Assembly (NCBI GenBank): GCA_905233925.1
Contig: CAJOFV010000003.1
Coordinates: 500-64,499, forward strand
Origin: Paludibacteraceae bacterium
Lineage (GTDB): Bacteria; Bacteroidota; Bacteroidia; Bacteroidales; Paludibacteraceae
DNA length: 64,000 nt
Direction of reading: 5' to 3'
A program made the translations under genes and the position numbers. Below are positions 34,465-44,006 of the stretch, piece after piece (within the stretch, counting starts at the first letter, position 1; every line of letters begins with the position of its first letter). The notes below the pieces were generated by a model. It saw nothing but the letters and a program-made list of their open reading frames with translations, did no database searches and was not told where the DNA came from.

Positions 34465-37380
34465 TTAATGGATTTTCAAGGTTAAACCTGCACATAACTG
34501 GGTGGCACTCGGGTAGGCGGAAGCGATGTCCACACCGGGTGTCAGGCCTGTAGAAGGAACAATAGACGGGTCGTTGCCAGAATAACCGGTGAACGTAACC
34601 ACGTTCTTCGCCGTCAGATATACACGGATGGATTCAAGCAGTTTGCGCTCCTTGGGGGCAAAGGTATAGCCGAGGGTGATATTTGCCAACTTGAAGTAAT
34701 CGCCGCGCTCCAGGAAGAAACTGGAAATGACACCACCGCCCTGGGTCGTTTCGGCATCTTCAAGATAGGCCGACCGCAGCACATTATCCGTACCGCAACC
34801 GGCGAGCCCCATTCCGTAACGGCGCATGTTGAATATCTGGAAATCAAAGGCGCCGCTAAACTGGAAACTCAAGTCAAACCATTTCCAGCGCATCGTGTTG
34901 TTCCATGAGAGGAAGTGCTCCGGCATGCCGTTGCCGATGTAGCGTTTATCTGCGGCTTCCGCCTGACTGACAGGAATGGCGTTGCCGTTCTTGTCAGCTA
35001 CCAGCATCATACCATCCAGTGTGCCCACATATTCATAGCCGTAGAACTGACCGAGTTTCTGATTCTCCTCTACGCGGAAGAAGTACTCGTTCGAGCCGAC
35101 ACCGGGTTTCTGATAAAGCTCAATGTAAGGCGCCTGATACATGTCGGACGAGATGGTCATCAAGCGCGTTGTTCCATAGGAATAGTTGACGCCGGTTGTC
35201 CACTTGAAGGCGGTTTTGCTGAATACATCATACTCCAGCGATATCTCGACACCGACGTTTCGCGTTGTACCGACATTGACGAGAATGGTCGGGTACATGT
35301 ACGGCGGTTGGGGGGCATTATAGTTGTAGAGCAGGTCGGGCGAACGGCGGTCAAAGAACTCTACATAACCGCGCAGGGTGGATTGGAAGAGTTCAAAATC
35401 GATACCGACATTAAGCGAACTGGAGCGCTCCCAACGCAAGTCGGGGTTGGCATTGGAAGCGACGGTATAACCGTTGATCCACTGTCCGTCGATGAACATG
35501 CTGCCGCTGCTTATATACGACGGCGAGGACTTGTAGGGGGAGAAATCGCTTCGTCCGGTAACACCGTATGAAATACGCGGTTTGAGGCTGTTGAGGACTT
35601 TTTTAGCCGGTGCCATAAACGAAGCCTGCATCATTTCCCAGGCTGCGCTGACAGAGGGGAAAGCACCCCACTTGCTGTTGACACCGAACTTCGTACTGCC
35701 CTCATAACGAATGCTGGCGGAAACGAACAACATATCGCGCCAACTGTAGTTCGCGCGCCCGAATACGCCAACCAGCGTGCTCTCGGATTTGCTTGCCCAC
35801 ATATCCGCTTTGCCGTCCTTGAGCCAGGAACCGTTGCCGATGCCGTACCATAAGAGCTGGTCGTAATCAAAGTCGCGGTTCATCTGGTACATGCCTTCGT
35901 TGGTGTAACGCTCCCACGAATAACCTGCCATCAGTTTGAGGCTGTGTTCGCCGAGAGACATCTGATAGTTAGCCAGCCACTCCACGCGGTGGGTCATGTA
36001 CTTCTGATATTCAATATGTGCATCGCCATTATAGCCGCCCCAATAAGAACCGGCGGTGGTGGAAGGTGCATAATAGTTGGATTTGAGGTCGTTGTATTGC
36101 AGCGCGTAACTGATTTGCGTAGAGACATCGTGCTCTTCGTTGCGCCAGATATTCCACTTCAAATCGGCATTGCCCATAACGTACCAGCGGTCGCCATTGC
36201 TGTTAATGTTCAGCAATTCGTTGACAGGGTTGCTAGCTCCCGTAGGTGAATCAGGCTGATAGAAAGAGCCGTCGGAATTATAGACAGGCAGCGTCGGGTT
36301 CATTGTTAGCGCCTGCTCAAGCAAACCGTCATTGCCCCACTGCTCATTGACTTTGCGTGCCGTGAGTGAAGCGGAGATTTGGAGATGGCGGTTCAGTAGG
36401 TATTGCTCCATAGAGAACCGGCCGCCGTATTCCTGGCGCCCGGATTTGAGGTCCAGACCATTGCCTTGTTTGAAGTTCAAGCTTGCCCCGTAATAACCTG
36501 TTTTTGTTTTGGCATCCACGGACACATAGTGGTTCGTTGTATAACCAATCGGGCGTGTGAGCAAGGAATACCAGTCGGTGGAAGCACCATAATCCGAACG
36601 GCGGTGCGAACGCCTGAACTCATCCGGCGAAAGCACTTCCGCGTGCGGCAGAGCGATATTCATTGCCGCGTAGCCGTCGTATGTGGCGACCACTTTGCCC
36701 TCCTCGCCTGTACCTTTCTTGGTAGTAATCAGAATCACACCGTTGGCACCGCGTGTGCCGTATATGGCCGCTGAGGCCGCGTCCTTCAACACCGTTATGG
36801 ATTCCACATCCTGCGAGGAGATGGTGCGCATGTCACCGCCGGCTACTCCGTCAATAACGACAAGCGGCTCGTTGCTCGCATATAATGAGGTAGCGCCGCG
36901 TACTTGCAAAGAGGACATAGCGTTCGGGTTGGCATCAGCGGCATTGCTGACGTTCAAACCTGCAATTTTGCCGGCAACCAATTCCATCGCATCAGAGACT
37001 GCGCCCTGATTAAACTGCTCGCGGCTGACTTGGACAATGGACGAACTCACTTCTTTCTTCGACAATGAACCATAACCGACTACTACCACTTCTTCCAACT
37101 GCTCTGAATCTTCGGCGAGCACCACTTTCATGTTCGCGGCAGGAGAAAGCACCTGCGTCTGGTAGCCCACATACGAAAATTCCAATTGTGCATCAGCGGC
37201 ACACTCGATTTCAAAGTTGCCGTCAAAATCCGTGATAGTACCGGTAGTTGTTCCCTGTACCTGCACGGTGGCACCTATGAGTGGTTCGCCTGAGGCATCC
37301 TGGATAGTGCCCCGAAAGACTTCGGCAGAAACATTTATGCCGAGCCCTATCACGGCTACTATGACTAAAAATCGCTTCAT
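34465..37380 (-). CDS. SusC/RagA family TonB-linked outer-membrane transporter
   Basis: 971 aa with an N-terminal carboxypeptidase-regulatory-like domain (GTIQDASGEPLIGATVQVQGTTTGTITDFDGNFEI). The plug region reads ITVLKDAASAAIYGTRGANGVILITTKKG, and a barrel follows. Confidence 0.93.
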   Translation of the reverse strand: MKRFLVIVAVIGLGINVSAEVFRGTIQDASGEPLIGATVQVQGTTTGTITDFDGNFEIECAADAQLEFSYVGYQTQVLSPAANMKVVLAEDSEQLEEVVVVGYGSLSKKEVSSSIVQVSREQFNQGAVSDAMELVAGKIAGLNVSNAADANPNAMSSLQVRGATSLYASNEPLVVIDGVAGGDMRTISSQDVESITVLKDAASAAIYGTRGANGVILITTKKGTGEEGKVVATYDGYAAMNIALPHAEVLSPDEFRRSHRRSDYGASTDWYSLLTRPIGYTTNHYVSVDAKTKTGYYGASLNFKQGNGLDLKSGRQEYGGRFSMEQYLLNRHLQISASLTARKVNEQWGNDGLLEQALTMNPTLPVYNSDGSFYQPDSPTGASNPVNELLNINSNGDRWYVMGNADLKWNIWRNEEHDVSTQISYALQYNDLKSNYYAPSTTAGSYWGGYNGDAHIEYQKYMTHRVEWLANYQMSLGEHSLKLMAGYSWERYTNEGMYQMNRDFDYDQLLWYGIGNGSWLKDGKADMWASKSESTLVGVFGRANYSWRDMLFVSASIRYEGSTKFGVNSKWGAFPSVSAAWEMMQASFMAPAKKVLNSLKPRISYGVTGRSDFSPYKSSPSYISSGSMFIDGQWINGYTVASNANPDLRWERSSSLNVGIDFELFQSTLRGYVEFFDRRSPDLLYNYNAPQPPYMYPTILVNVGTTRNVGVEISLEYDVFSKTAFKWTTGVNYSYGTTRLMTISSDMYQAPYIELYQKPGVGSNEYFFRVEENQKLGQFYGYEYVGTLDGMMLVADKNGNAIPVSQAEAADKRYIGNGMPEHFLSWNNTMRWKWFDLSFQFSGAFDFQIFNMRRYGMGLAGCGTDNVLRSAYLEDAETTQGGGVISSFFLERGDYFKLANITLGYTFAPKERKLLESIRVYLTAKNVVTFTGYSGNDPSIVPSTGLTPGVDIASAYPSATQLCAGLTLKIH

Positions 37381-37403
37381 AAATATATTATTGTTTCAAA
37401 TTT

Positions 37404-39386
37404 CTATTTACTATTAATACTCACGGCAAATCCTCCGCCGGAAGCCATGTGTATATGGAGTGTATCGCGTGCGCACAGTGTGCGCTCCTCAATAACGTAG
37501 TCATACGGATTAGTTTTCCAGTCCGCGTTTTCACCATCACGAAAGATGGTAGCCGCATAAGTTTTGTCCGCATCAAGCATGGTCATCGGAATTTGTGCAT
37601 CACGCGGTTCATCGGCATTGAGGCCGCCGATATACCAGTCTTCGCTACCGCGTTCCTGCCGTGCAAAAATGCAAAACTCGCCAATCTTGCCGTCCACGAG
37701 CAGCGACTGTTCCCAATCACAGGGCACCTGTTCAATAAAACGGAATGCGTCCGGATGCTTCATGTAGTTCTCCGGCAAGTCACACGCCATTTGCAAGGGA
37801 CTGTAGAAACAGACAAACAGTCCCAGTTGGTTCATCAGCGTTGCGTGCACCCGTGTTTGTGGCATTACCGGATTCTCAAAGGCAAACACTCCCGGCGTGA
37901 AATCCACCGGCCCTGCGAGAATACGAGTGAATGGCAGCACTGTTACGTGACTACACGGATTGCCGCCGTCCTTGCTCCAGGCGTTCCATTCTTGTCCCCG
38001 CACACCCTCCTGCGTCATGAGGTTGGGATAAGTGCGTTGCAATCCGGTCGGCATTACCGGCTCATGGTTATCAATGGCAATGCGGTACTTTGCGGCCGTT
38101 TCGATGACCTTACGGTAATGCCGTACGCCGGACTGGCCTTTGTTGAATTGCAGTCCGTCAAGAGTCCGTATTACCGGCGACACGTAGCCGGTCTTGATGG
38201 CGTGAATGTTGTGTGCGGCATGGTAGGCGTAAATCTCATCCAAGGCGCGTTCGTAATCTGCAGCGTTACCACCAGTCTCGTTATGACCGACAATCTGTAC
38301 GCCCAGACTGTCCGCCAACCGGCTCAAATAGTCCATATCCCAATCAGAATAGGGCTCTGTGAACGAGAAAGATTTCCAATCCTCCCAACCTTTGTTCCAC
38401 CCCTCTGCCAGTACGGACTGGATGTTATGTGCTTTTGCAAAACGCAGGTACTGCTCCATATTCGCTGTCGTTGCACCGTGTTTCGGCCCCTGTTCCCAGG
38501 TCATGGATTTCATGTGCATTCCCCACCAGATGCCGATAAACTTCATAGGTTTGAGCCATGAGGTGTCATCCAGTTTGCAAGGCTCGTTCAAATTGAGCAT
38601 GATGCGGCTTGCTGTCAGGTCGGGCAGGTTATGTGCCAGAACGACCATACGCCATGGAGACTCAAAAGGCAGTGTAAGATGTGCTTTGACCGGTGAAATC
38701 TGTCCGTCTTCCAACCACGGAGTTAGATAGGTTTTCAGCGTGTCGTGAGCCATATAGAGGTTCTGCGCGGGATAATCCGTAAGCGCCGCCTCATGTACGA
38801 AAGCATATCCGCCACCGCTGCGCTCTATCGTGATAGGCGAACACATAGTGTCTTTTTCCGACAAAGGGGACCTGGTCCAGATTCCCTCATAATATTCTGT
38901 GCTCCAATCAATCGACCATGTCTCATGGTCTGCTGTGAAGCAATATGCCGTCGCTTCATCCAAAAGCGTCAGCTGCTTGGTTTTTTGTTCCGGGAATACG
39001 TAACGGAAAGCAAAACCGTCATTGAAAACACGGATAACAAGATCCATTTTAATACCGGATACATGACGCATATGCACCGTCATTTGCGCATGTGAATCCA
39101 AAATGAAACGTTCTTCACCCCAGACAGTCTCCCATTGATCCGAAACAACACACTTCTTTGCCCCTGTAATTGCAAAACCATCGGTAAGCGACCGTTCTGC
39201 AAAAACCAATCCCAGACTAGACCAGTCTATTACCACATTGCCATCTTGCAACACGCGGTACTCAGGAGTTCTACTTTCCGACAAACGCAAACAAAATCGA
39301 AGAGAATCATCAGGAGATTGAACGTGCCACCTATTGCAAGATAAGAAGAGCGGCACCAGCGTCAGTAGGGTGAAGAAACGTTTCAT
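37404..39386 (-). CDS. glycoside hydrolase family 97 alpha-glucosidase (SusB-like) lipoprotein
   Basis: ATG 39386 gives MKRFFTLLTLVPLFLSC; codon 39398 is TTG. The GH97-like core includes IDNHEPVMPTGLQRTYPNLMTQEGVRGQEWNAW. Confidence 0.9.
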   Translation of the reverse strand: MKRFFTLLTLVPLFLSCNRWHVQSPDDSLRFCLRLSESRTPEYRVLQDGNVVIDWSSLGLVFAERSLTDGFAITGAKKCVVSDQWETVWGEERFILDSHAQMTVHMRHVSGIKMDLVIRVFNDGFAFRYVFPEQKTKQLTLLDEATAYCFTADHETWSIDWSTEYYEGIWTRSPLSEKDTMCSPITIERSGGGYAFVHEAALTDYPAQNLYMAHDTLKTYLTPWLEDGQISPVKAHLTLPFESPWRMVVLAHNLPDLTASRIMLNLNEPCKLDDTSWLKPMKFIGIWWGMHMKSMTWEQGPKHGATTANMEQYLRFAKAHNIQSVLAEGWNKGWEDWKSFSFTEPYSDWDMDYLSRLADSLGVQIVGHNETGGNAADYERALDEIYAYHAAHNIHAIKTGYVSPVIRTLDGLQFNKGQSGVRHYRKVIETAAKYRIAIDNHEPVMPTGLQRTYPNLMTQEGVRGQEWNAWSKDGGNPCSHVTVLPFTRILAGPVDFTPGVFAFENPVMPQTRVHATLMNQLGLFVCFYSPLQMACDLPENYMKHPDAFRFIEQVPCDWEQSLLVDGKIGEFCIFARQERGSEDWYIGGLNADEPRDAQIPMTMLDADKTYAATIFRDGENADWKTNPYDYVIEERTLCARDTLHIHMASGGGFAVSINSK

Positions 39387-39408
39387 GGTATTTTGCAAAT
39401 TTGCAGCA

Positions 39409-39440
39409 CAAAATTACTGCTTTTCGCGCACTCACACAAA
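39409..39440 (-). promoter_or_regulatory. Bacteroidetes-type promoter for the starch-utilisation operon (GH97 first)
   Basis: On the minus strand: TTTG (39440-39437), 20 nt, then TAATTTTG (39416-39409), about 22 nt upstream of ATG 39386. Confidence 0.55.
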
Positions 39441-39486
39441 AAATATTGAAAAAATCAAGAAAAAATACTAAAAATTCCATATAAAT

Positions 39487-39517
39487 TTTGTTATATAAAT
39501 TTGTTTTTGTACCTTTG
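39487..39517 (+). promoter_or_regulatory. Bacteroidetes-type promoter for the TPR/HTH regulator
   Basis: TTTG (39487-39490), 19 nt, then TACCTTTG (39510-39517), 20 nt upstream of ATG 39538. Confidence 0.55.
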
Positions 39518-39537
39518 CGGAAAATTTTGCCATTACC

Positions 39538-41118
39538 ATGAAACGATTTCTCTTTTTTTCTGTTCTTTCGATATGTATCAGTATTGCTTCTTTTGCCAAT
39601 AATAATGCGGTAAGCGAAGATTTACTCCGTTTGGATAATGCCATTGCCAGCCGTCCTAATATAGAGCAGGCAAAGCGTACCAGAATTGAGCGTCTGATGA
39701 CGCATGTATATACTTCTGAAAACCCCTATTCGGATTACAAAAAAATCTATGAAGAATATAAATCATATAATTACGATACTGCACTTGTTTTTGCCAAAAA
39801 AATGCAATCTGAGGCAATTAGGCTCGGGAGAGACCAATATCAAGTCGAGGCAGCCACTGCGCGCGCGTTTGTTTACCTGTCCGGCGGCTTGTTTAAGGAG
39901 GCGTATGATGTACTTTCCTGTCTGTCGGACAAGTATGATTCGCTGCCGGATATCTACTATTACACGTTTGCGCGCCTGCTTTGGGACATGGCTGATTATG
40001 CCGGCGGAGAAGTGGCGTTACAATATGACTCGCTTGCCGTGACGCATATCAAACAAATACTTTCCCATGTCACGCCAGCCGATTCAGCCCAATACTGGTA
40101 TCCGCTTGCCGCTATTGATTTACGGCAACATCAGTATCAACAATCTATCGCGCGTATGAAAGAGGCGCTCCTTGACAGCCGCTGTACGGAACACGAACGT
40201 GCCATATATGAAAGTTCATTGGCTTTTGCCAATTATCAACTCGGAAAGAGTGACATCGCGCTACACCACTATATAAATGCCGCCATATACGACATGTTAA
40301 GTTCCACATATGAGACGGTGGCATTGCGAATGGTAGCGGAGATTCTATATGAACAAGGGGAAACGGCTGCAGCAGAACGCTATATTCGTTTGGCCATGGC
40401 TGACGCCACCCATTATCATGCCCGCCACCGGCAAATCAGTATCTCGCAGTTGCTGCCTATTATCGAGGAGCAACAAAATGATGAACTATTGAGGCAACGT
40501 CATCTTGCCTATGTACTTTTGATTTTTGTGTTTATACTGCTCATCGGCGCGGGATTTGCCATGCGCTTTATCGTTAAACGAAGCAGAGCCATCCACGCCG
40601 CCCAGCGCACCATACATGATATGAACCAGAAATTGATTATTGCCAACAAACTCAAAGAAGAACTGCTTGGCACCTTTCTTGTCAGCGGTTCACGTTATCT
40701 TTCACGCATAGAAAAATACCAACAGCAAGTCAAGCAAAACGCGATTGACCGGCGCTATAACGAACTGATGACTATCCCTCGCACCACTGATGCGCATATA
40801 CAACGCGCCAATCTTGACCGTAAGATGGACACTATGCTGCTGGGGTTGTTCCCTTCATTTGTGCAGGATTTCAATAATCTGCTGCAGGAAGGGGAACGGT
40901 ATGTACTTAAACCCAACGAGTTGCTGAACACCCCGATGCGTATATTTGCGCTCATGCGTCTCGGCGTCACACAGAATGAGCAGATTGCGGAGATTCTGGA
41001 TTGCAGTATTAACACGGTATATACGTATAAAACCAGAACGATAGCCCGTTCCGACCTCACGGCAGACCAATTCCAGGAGGCACTTATGCGGATACCTTCG
41101 TTTTCCTCATCGGAATAA
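39538..41118 (+). CDS. membrane-anchored TPR plus C-terminal LuxR-like HTH regulator (DUF6377-type), divergent from the starch locus
   Basis: 526 aa with a signal/anchor, TPR-like repeats and a single TM (LAYVLLIFVFILLIGAGFAMRFIV). The C-terminal region is MRIFALMRLGVTQNEQIAEILDCSINTVYTYKTR. Confidence 0.75.
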   Translation: MKRFLFFSVLSICISIASFANNNAVSEDLLRLDNAIASRPNIEQAKRTRIERLMTHVYTSENPYSDYKKIYEEYKSYNYDTALVFAKKMQSEAIRLGRDQYQVEAATARAFVYLSGGLFKEAYDVLSCLSDKYDSLPDIYYYTFARLLWDMADYAGGEVALQYDSLAVTHIKQILSHVTPADSAQYWYPLAAIDLRQHQYQQSIARMKEALLDSRCTEHERAIYESSLAFANYQLGKSDIALHHYINAAIYDMLSSTYETVALRMVAEILYEQGETAAAERYIRLAMADATHYHARHRQISISQLLPIIEEQQNDELLRQRHLAYVLLIFVFILLIGAGFAMRFIVKRSRAIHAAQRTIHDMNQKLIIANKLKEELLGTFLVSGSRYLSRIEKYQQQVKQNAIDRRYNELMTIPRTTDAHIQRANLDRKMDTMLLGLFPSFVQDFNNLLQEGERYVLKPNELLNTPMRIFALMRLGVTQNEQIAEILDCSINTVYTYKTRTIARSDLTADQFQEALMRIPSFSSSE

Positions 41119-41169
41119 CCGGCTGTTTCCGCCCAATAACGCAGCAATTTGTTTATTTATGCAAAATAA

Positions 41170-41201
41170 TTTGCATAATTGTCAGAAAAGCAGTACTTTT
41201 G
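41170..41201 (+). promoter_or_regulatory. Bacteroidetes-type promoter for gpmI
   Basis: TTTG (41170-41173), 20 nt, then TACTTTTG (41194-41201). Confidence 0.55.
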
Positions 41202-41274
41202 CAGCCGTAATGTTCCACTGCCGCAAACGGAACGGATTTATCAGACGAAACAGATATAAAACAATACAGCACAT

Positions 41275-42822
41275 ATGAAAGCATTACTGATGATTCTCGA
41301 TGGCTGGGGAATCGGCGAAAAAACAACAGCCAATGCCATTTATTCCACCAATACGCCGCACTGGACAGCATTGTTGGACAAGTATCCCCATTCGCAGCTG
41401 CAGGCTTCCGGCGAAAATGTCGGTTTGCCGGACGGGCAAATGGGTAACTCCGAAGTCGGGCACTTGAATATCGGTGCCGGCCGCGTCGTATATCAGGATC
41501 TTGTAAAGATTAACCGCGCCTGCAAGGATGGTTCAATCCGTCAGAACCCCGAGATTGTTTCCGCCTTTTCGACGGCACAGAAGTCCGGCAAGAATCTGCA
41601 CATCATGGGTTTGACCAGCAACGGCGGCGTGCACAGTTCGCTGGATCACTTATTCTTCCTGCTGCAAATCGCAAAGGAATACGGTCTGGACGGCAGAACG
41701 TTTGTACACTGCTTTATGGACGGCCGTGACACCGATCCGCATTCGGGTATCGGATTCATAGACGAATTGGAGGAACAGATGCGCAAGACTACCGGTGAAA
41801 TCGCAACAATTCAGGGGCGTTTCTATGCCATGGACCGTGACAAACGCTGGGAGCGTGTGAAGATTGCGTATGATTGTCTTGTTCATGGCGAAGGTGCACA
41901 GTTTGAGAACATGCACGAGGCGATGGAAGCGTCTTATTCCGCCGATGTCACCGATGAATTCATCAAACCGATAGTACATGTGCGCAACGGCAAACCGCTG
42001 ACAACTATTCAGGAAGGCGACGTGGTAATCTTCTTCAACTATCGCAACGACCGTGCTCGTGAAATGACCATCGTGCTCACGCAGCAGGATATGCCGGAAC
42101 ATGCTATGCATACTATTCCGAATCTGAATTACTACTGCATGACGCCTTATGAATCCACTTTTACCGGTTTGCATATTCTTTTCCCGAAGGAAAATGTGCA
42201 GAATACCCTCGGTGAAATCGTGGCAAATGCAGGCATGAAGCAACTGCGTATAGCCGAAACAGAGAAGTTTGCCCACGTGACATTCTTCTTCTCCGGCGGC
42301 CGTGATGCACAGTTTGAGAACGAGGACCGTATTCTTATTCCGTCACCGAAGGTGGCAACGTACGATTTGCAGCCGGAGATGTCGGCGCCGGAGGTGGCAG
42401 CGGCATTGTGTGATGCGATGGATACGGGGAAATATGACTGTATCATGCTCAATTTCGCCAACGGTGACATGGTGGGACACACCGGCGTTTACAACTCTAT
42501 TCAACAAGCGGTAGTGACGATAGATATTTGTGTGGACCGCGTAGTGAACTCTGCCCGCAAGAATGGTTATGAGGTGATTATCATCGCCGACCACGGTAAT
42601 GCGGATAATGCGGTGAATCCGGACGGAACGCCCAATACGGCGCACTCGCTCAATCCGGTGCCGTTCGTGTATATCCCTGCCGACAGCAAGGAGAAGGACG
42701 GCAAGTTCCCCTATACATGCGAGAACGGCATCCTTGCGGACGTCGCTCCCTCCATTTGCCACATTCTCGGTATCAAGCAGCCGGCAGAAATGACCGGTCA
42801 CTGCCTCATCCATGAGGCATAA
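41275..42822 (+). CDS. gpmI: 2,3-bisphosphoglycerate-independent phosphoglycerate mutase
   Basis: 515 aa starting MILDGWG, with [13 protein letters not shown] and ADHGNA, the canonical iPGM motifs. Confidence 0.95.
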   Translation: MKALLMILDGWGIGEKTTANAIYSTNTPHWTALLDKYPHSQLQASGENVGLPDGQMGNSEVGHLNIGAGRVVYQDLVKINRACKDGSIRQNPEIVSAFSTAQKSGKNLHIMGLTSNGGVHSSLDHLFFLLQIAKEYGLDGRTFVHCFMDGRDTDPHSGIGFIDELEEQMRKTTGEIATIQGRFYAMDRDKRWERVKIAYDCLVHGEGAQFENMHEAMEASYSADVTDEFIKPIVHVRNGKPLTTIQEGDVVIFFNYRNDRAREMTIVLTQQDMPEHAMHTIPNLNYYCMTPYESTFTGLHILFPKENVQNTLGEIVANAGMKQLRIAETEKFAHVTFFFSGGRDAQFENEDRILIPSPKVATYDLQPEMSAPEVAAALCDAMDTGKYDCIMLNFANGDMVGHTGVYNSIQQAVVTIDICVDRVVNSARKNGYEVIIIADHGNADNAVNPDGTPNTAHSLNPVPFVYIPADSKEKDGKFPYTCENGILADVAPSICHILGIKQPAEMTGHCLIHEA

Positions 42823-43524
42823 TCAGTTGGCATATCGCTTAATGAGCATATCCACCAGTTCAGGCACACCTTCGGAAGCTTTCTTCCGGAGGTGTTGTAT
42901 TCTGTCACGGTAGATGCCGAACTCGGGAATCCCCGGATCAACGACGTAGATAGTCGATGAAACCGGCAAATATTGCAACAAACTGGCTGCGGGGTAAACG
43001 TTGAGACTGGTGCCGACAACTACCATTATATCCGCTTCGCTCGCCAAGGCACAAGCCTGCGGGAAATAAGGTACCCCTTCTCCGAAGAACACGATATACG
43101 GCCGCAGCAACGACCCGTCGGGATGTCTGTCGCCATAGTGCTGCTCCCAACCTTTCAGCGGCACAGTGGCCGTTTCGTTGTTTTCGGAGCGTAATTTGGT
43201 AATTTCACCGTGCAGATGCACAATATTCTTGCTACCGGCACGCTCGTGTAGGTCATCAATGTTCTGCGTGACGATTTCAGTCGATGGAATCGCCTGTTGC
43301 AGTTTCGTGATGGCATAGTGTGCGGCATTGGGTTGTGCCGCCAGGGTGTCCTTACGGCGCGCGTTGTAGAAATCGACGCACAACTGCGGATTGCGCAGCC
43401 ATGCTTCATGGGTGCATACATCCTCAATGCGATACTTTTCCCATAATCCGTCCGCGTCGCGGAATGTTCCCAAACCGCTCTCGGCAGATACGCCGGCTCC
43501 GGTGAATACGACGATTTTTGGCAT
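42823..43524 (-). CDS. cobB: NAD-dependent protein deacylase (Sir2 family)
   Basis: 233 aa starting VVFTGAGVSAESGLGTFR, with QNIDDLHERAG and VHLHGE. Confidence 0.88.
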   Translation of the reverse strand: MPKIVVFTGAGVSAESGLGTFRDADGLWEKYRIEDVCTHEAWLRNPQLCVDFYNARRKDTLAAQPNAAHYAITKLQQAIPSTEIVTQNIDDLHERAGSKNIVHLHGEITKLRSENNETATVPLKGWEQHYGDRHPDGSLLRPYIVFFGEGVPYFPQACALASEADIMVVVGTSLNVYPAASLLQYLPVSSTIYVVDPGIPEFGIYRDRIQHLRKKASEGVPELVDMLIKRYAN

Positions 43525-43576
43525 TTTGACCTCCTTTTTATGAATGGTACAACAAGATTTTATTTATGCAACTGCG

Positions 43577-43999
43577 CTATTTCCGGTGATGCCAATGCCA
43601 TTGACCGGAATATGAGCTGGAATGTATTGTTTTCAATGCCGGATGAAATGCATTCTCCAAATGCCGTATTTCTTCGATTTCACCGGACTTGTTCATTAGA
43701 ATCCCGATGATATCAAAGCGAATATTCCGCGTGTCGTGATGATATTTGACATACGCATTTGCGGCTGTAACCATGTGGCGGCGTTTGGTTGCATCCACTG
43801 CTTCTTCGGGTGTGCCTGCAAATGTAGAAGTGCGCGTCTTGACTTCCGCAAAAACAATTTCTTTCCGGTTAGCGGCGATAATATCAATCTCCAAATGCCC
43901 CAGACGCCAGTTGGTCTCAAGAATCTTATAACCTTTTTGGGTCAGTACGTCCGCTGCCAGTTGCTCTCCTTTTTGCCCTATGCTATTATGCTCTGCCAT
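43577..43999 (-). CDS. yraN: YraN family (UPF0102) endonuclease-like protein
   Basis: ATG 43999 gives MAEHNSIGQKGEQLAADVLTQKGYKILETNWRLGHLEIDIIA, a typical YraN core. Confidence 0.8.
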   Translation of the reverse strand: MAEHNSIGQKGEQLAADVLTQKGYKILETNWRLGHLEIDIIAANRKEIVFAEVKTRTSTFAGTPEEAVDATKRRHMVTAANAYVKYHHDTRNIRFDIIGILMNKSGEIEEIRHLENAFHPALKTIHSSSYSGQWHWHHRK

Positions 44000-44006
44000 A
44001 GTTGTT

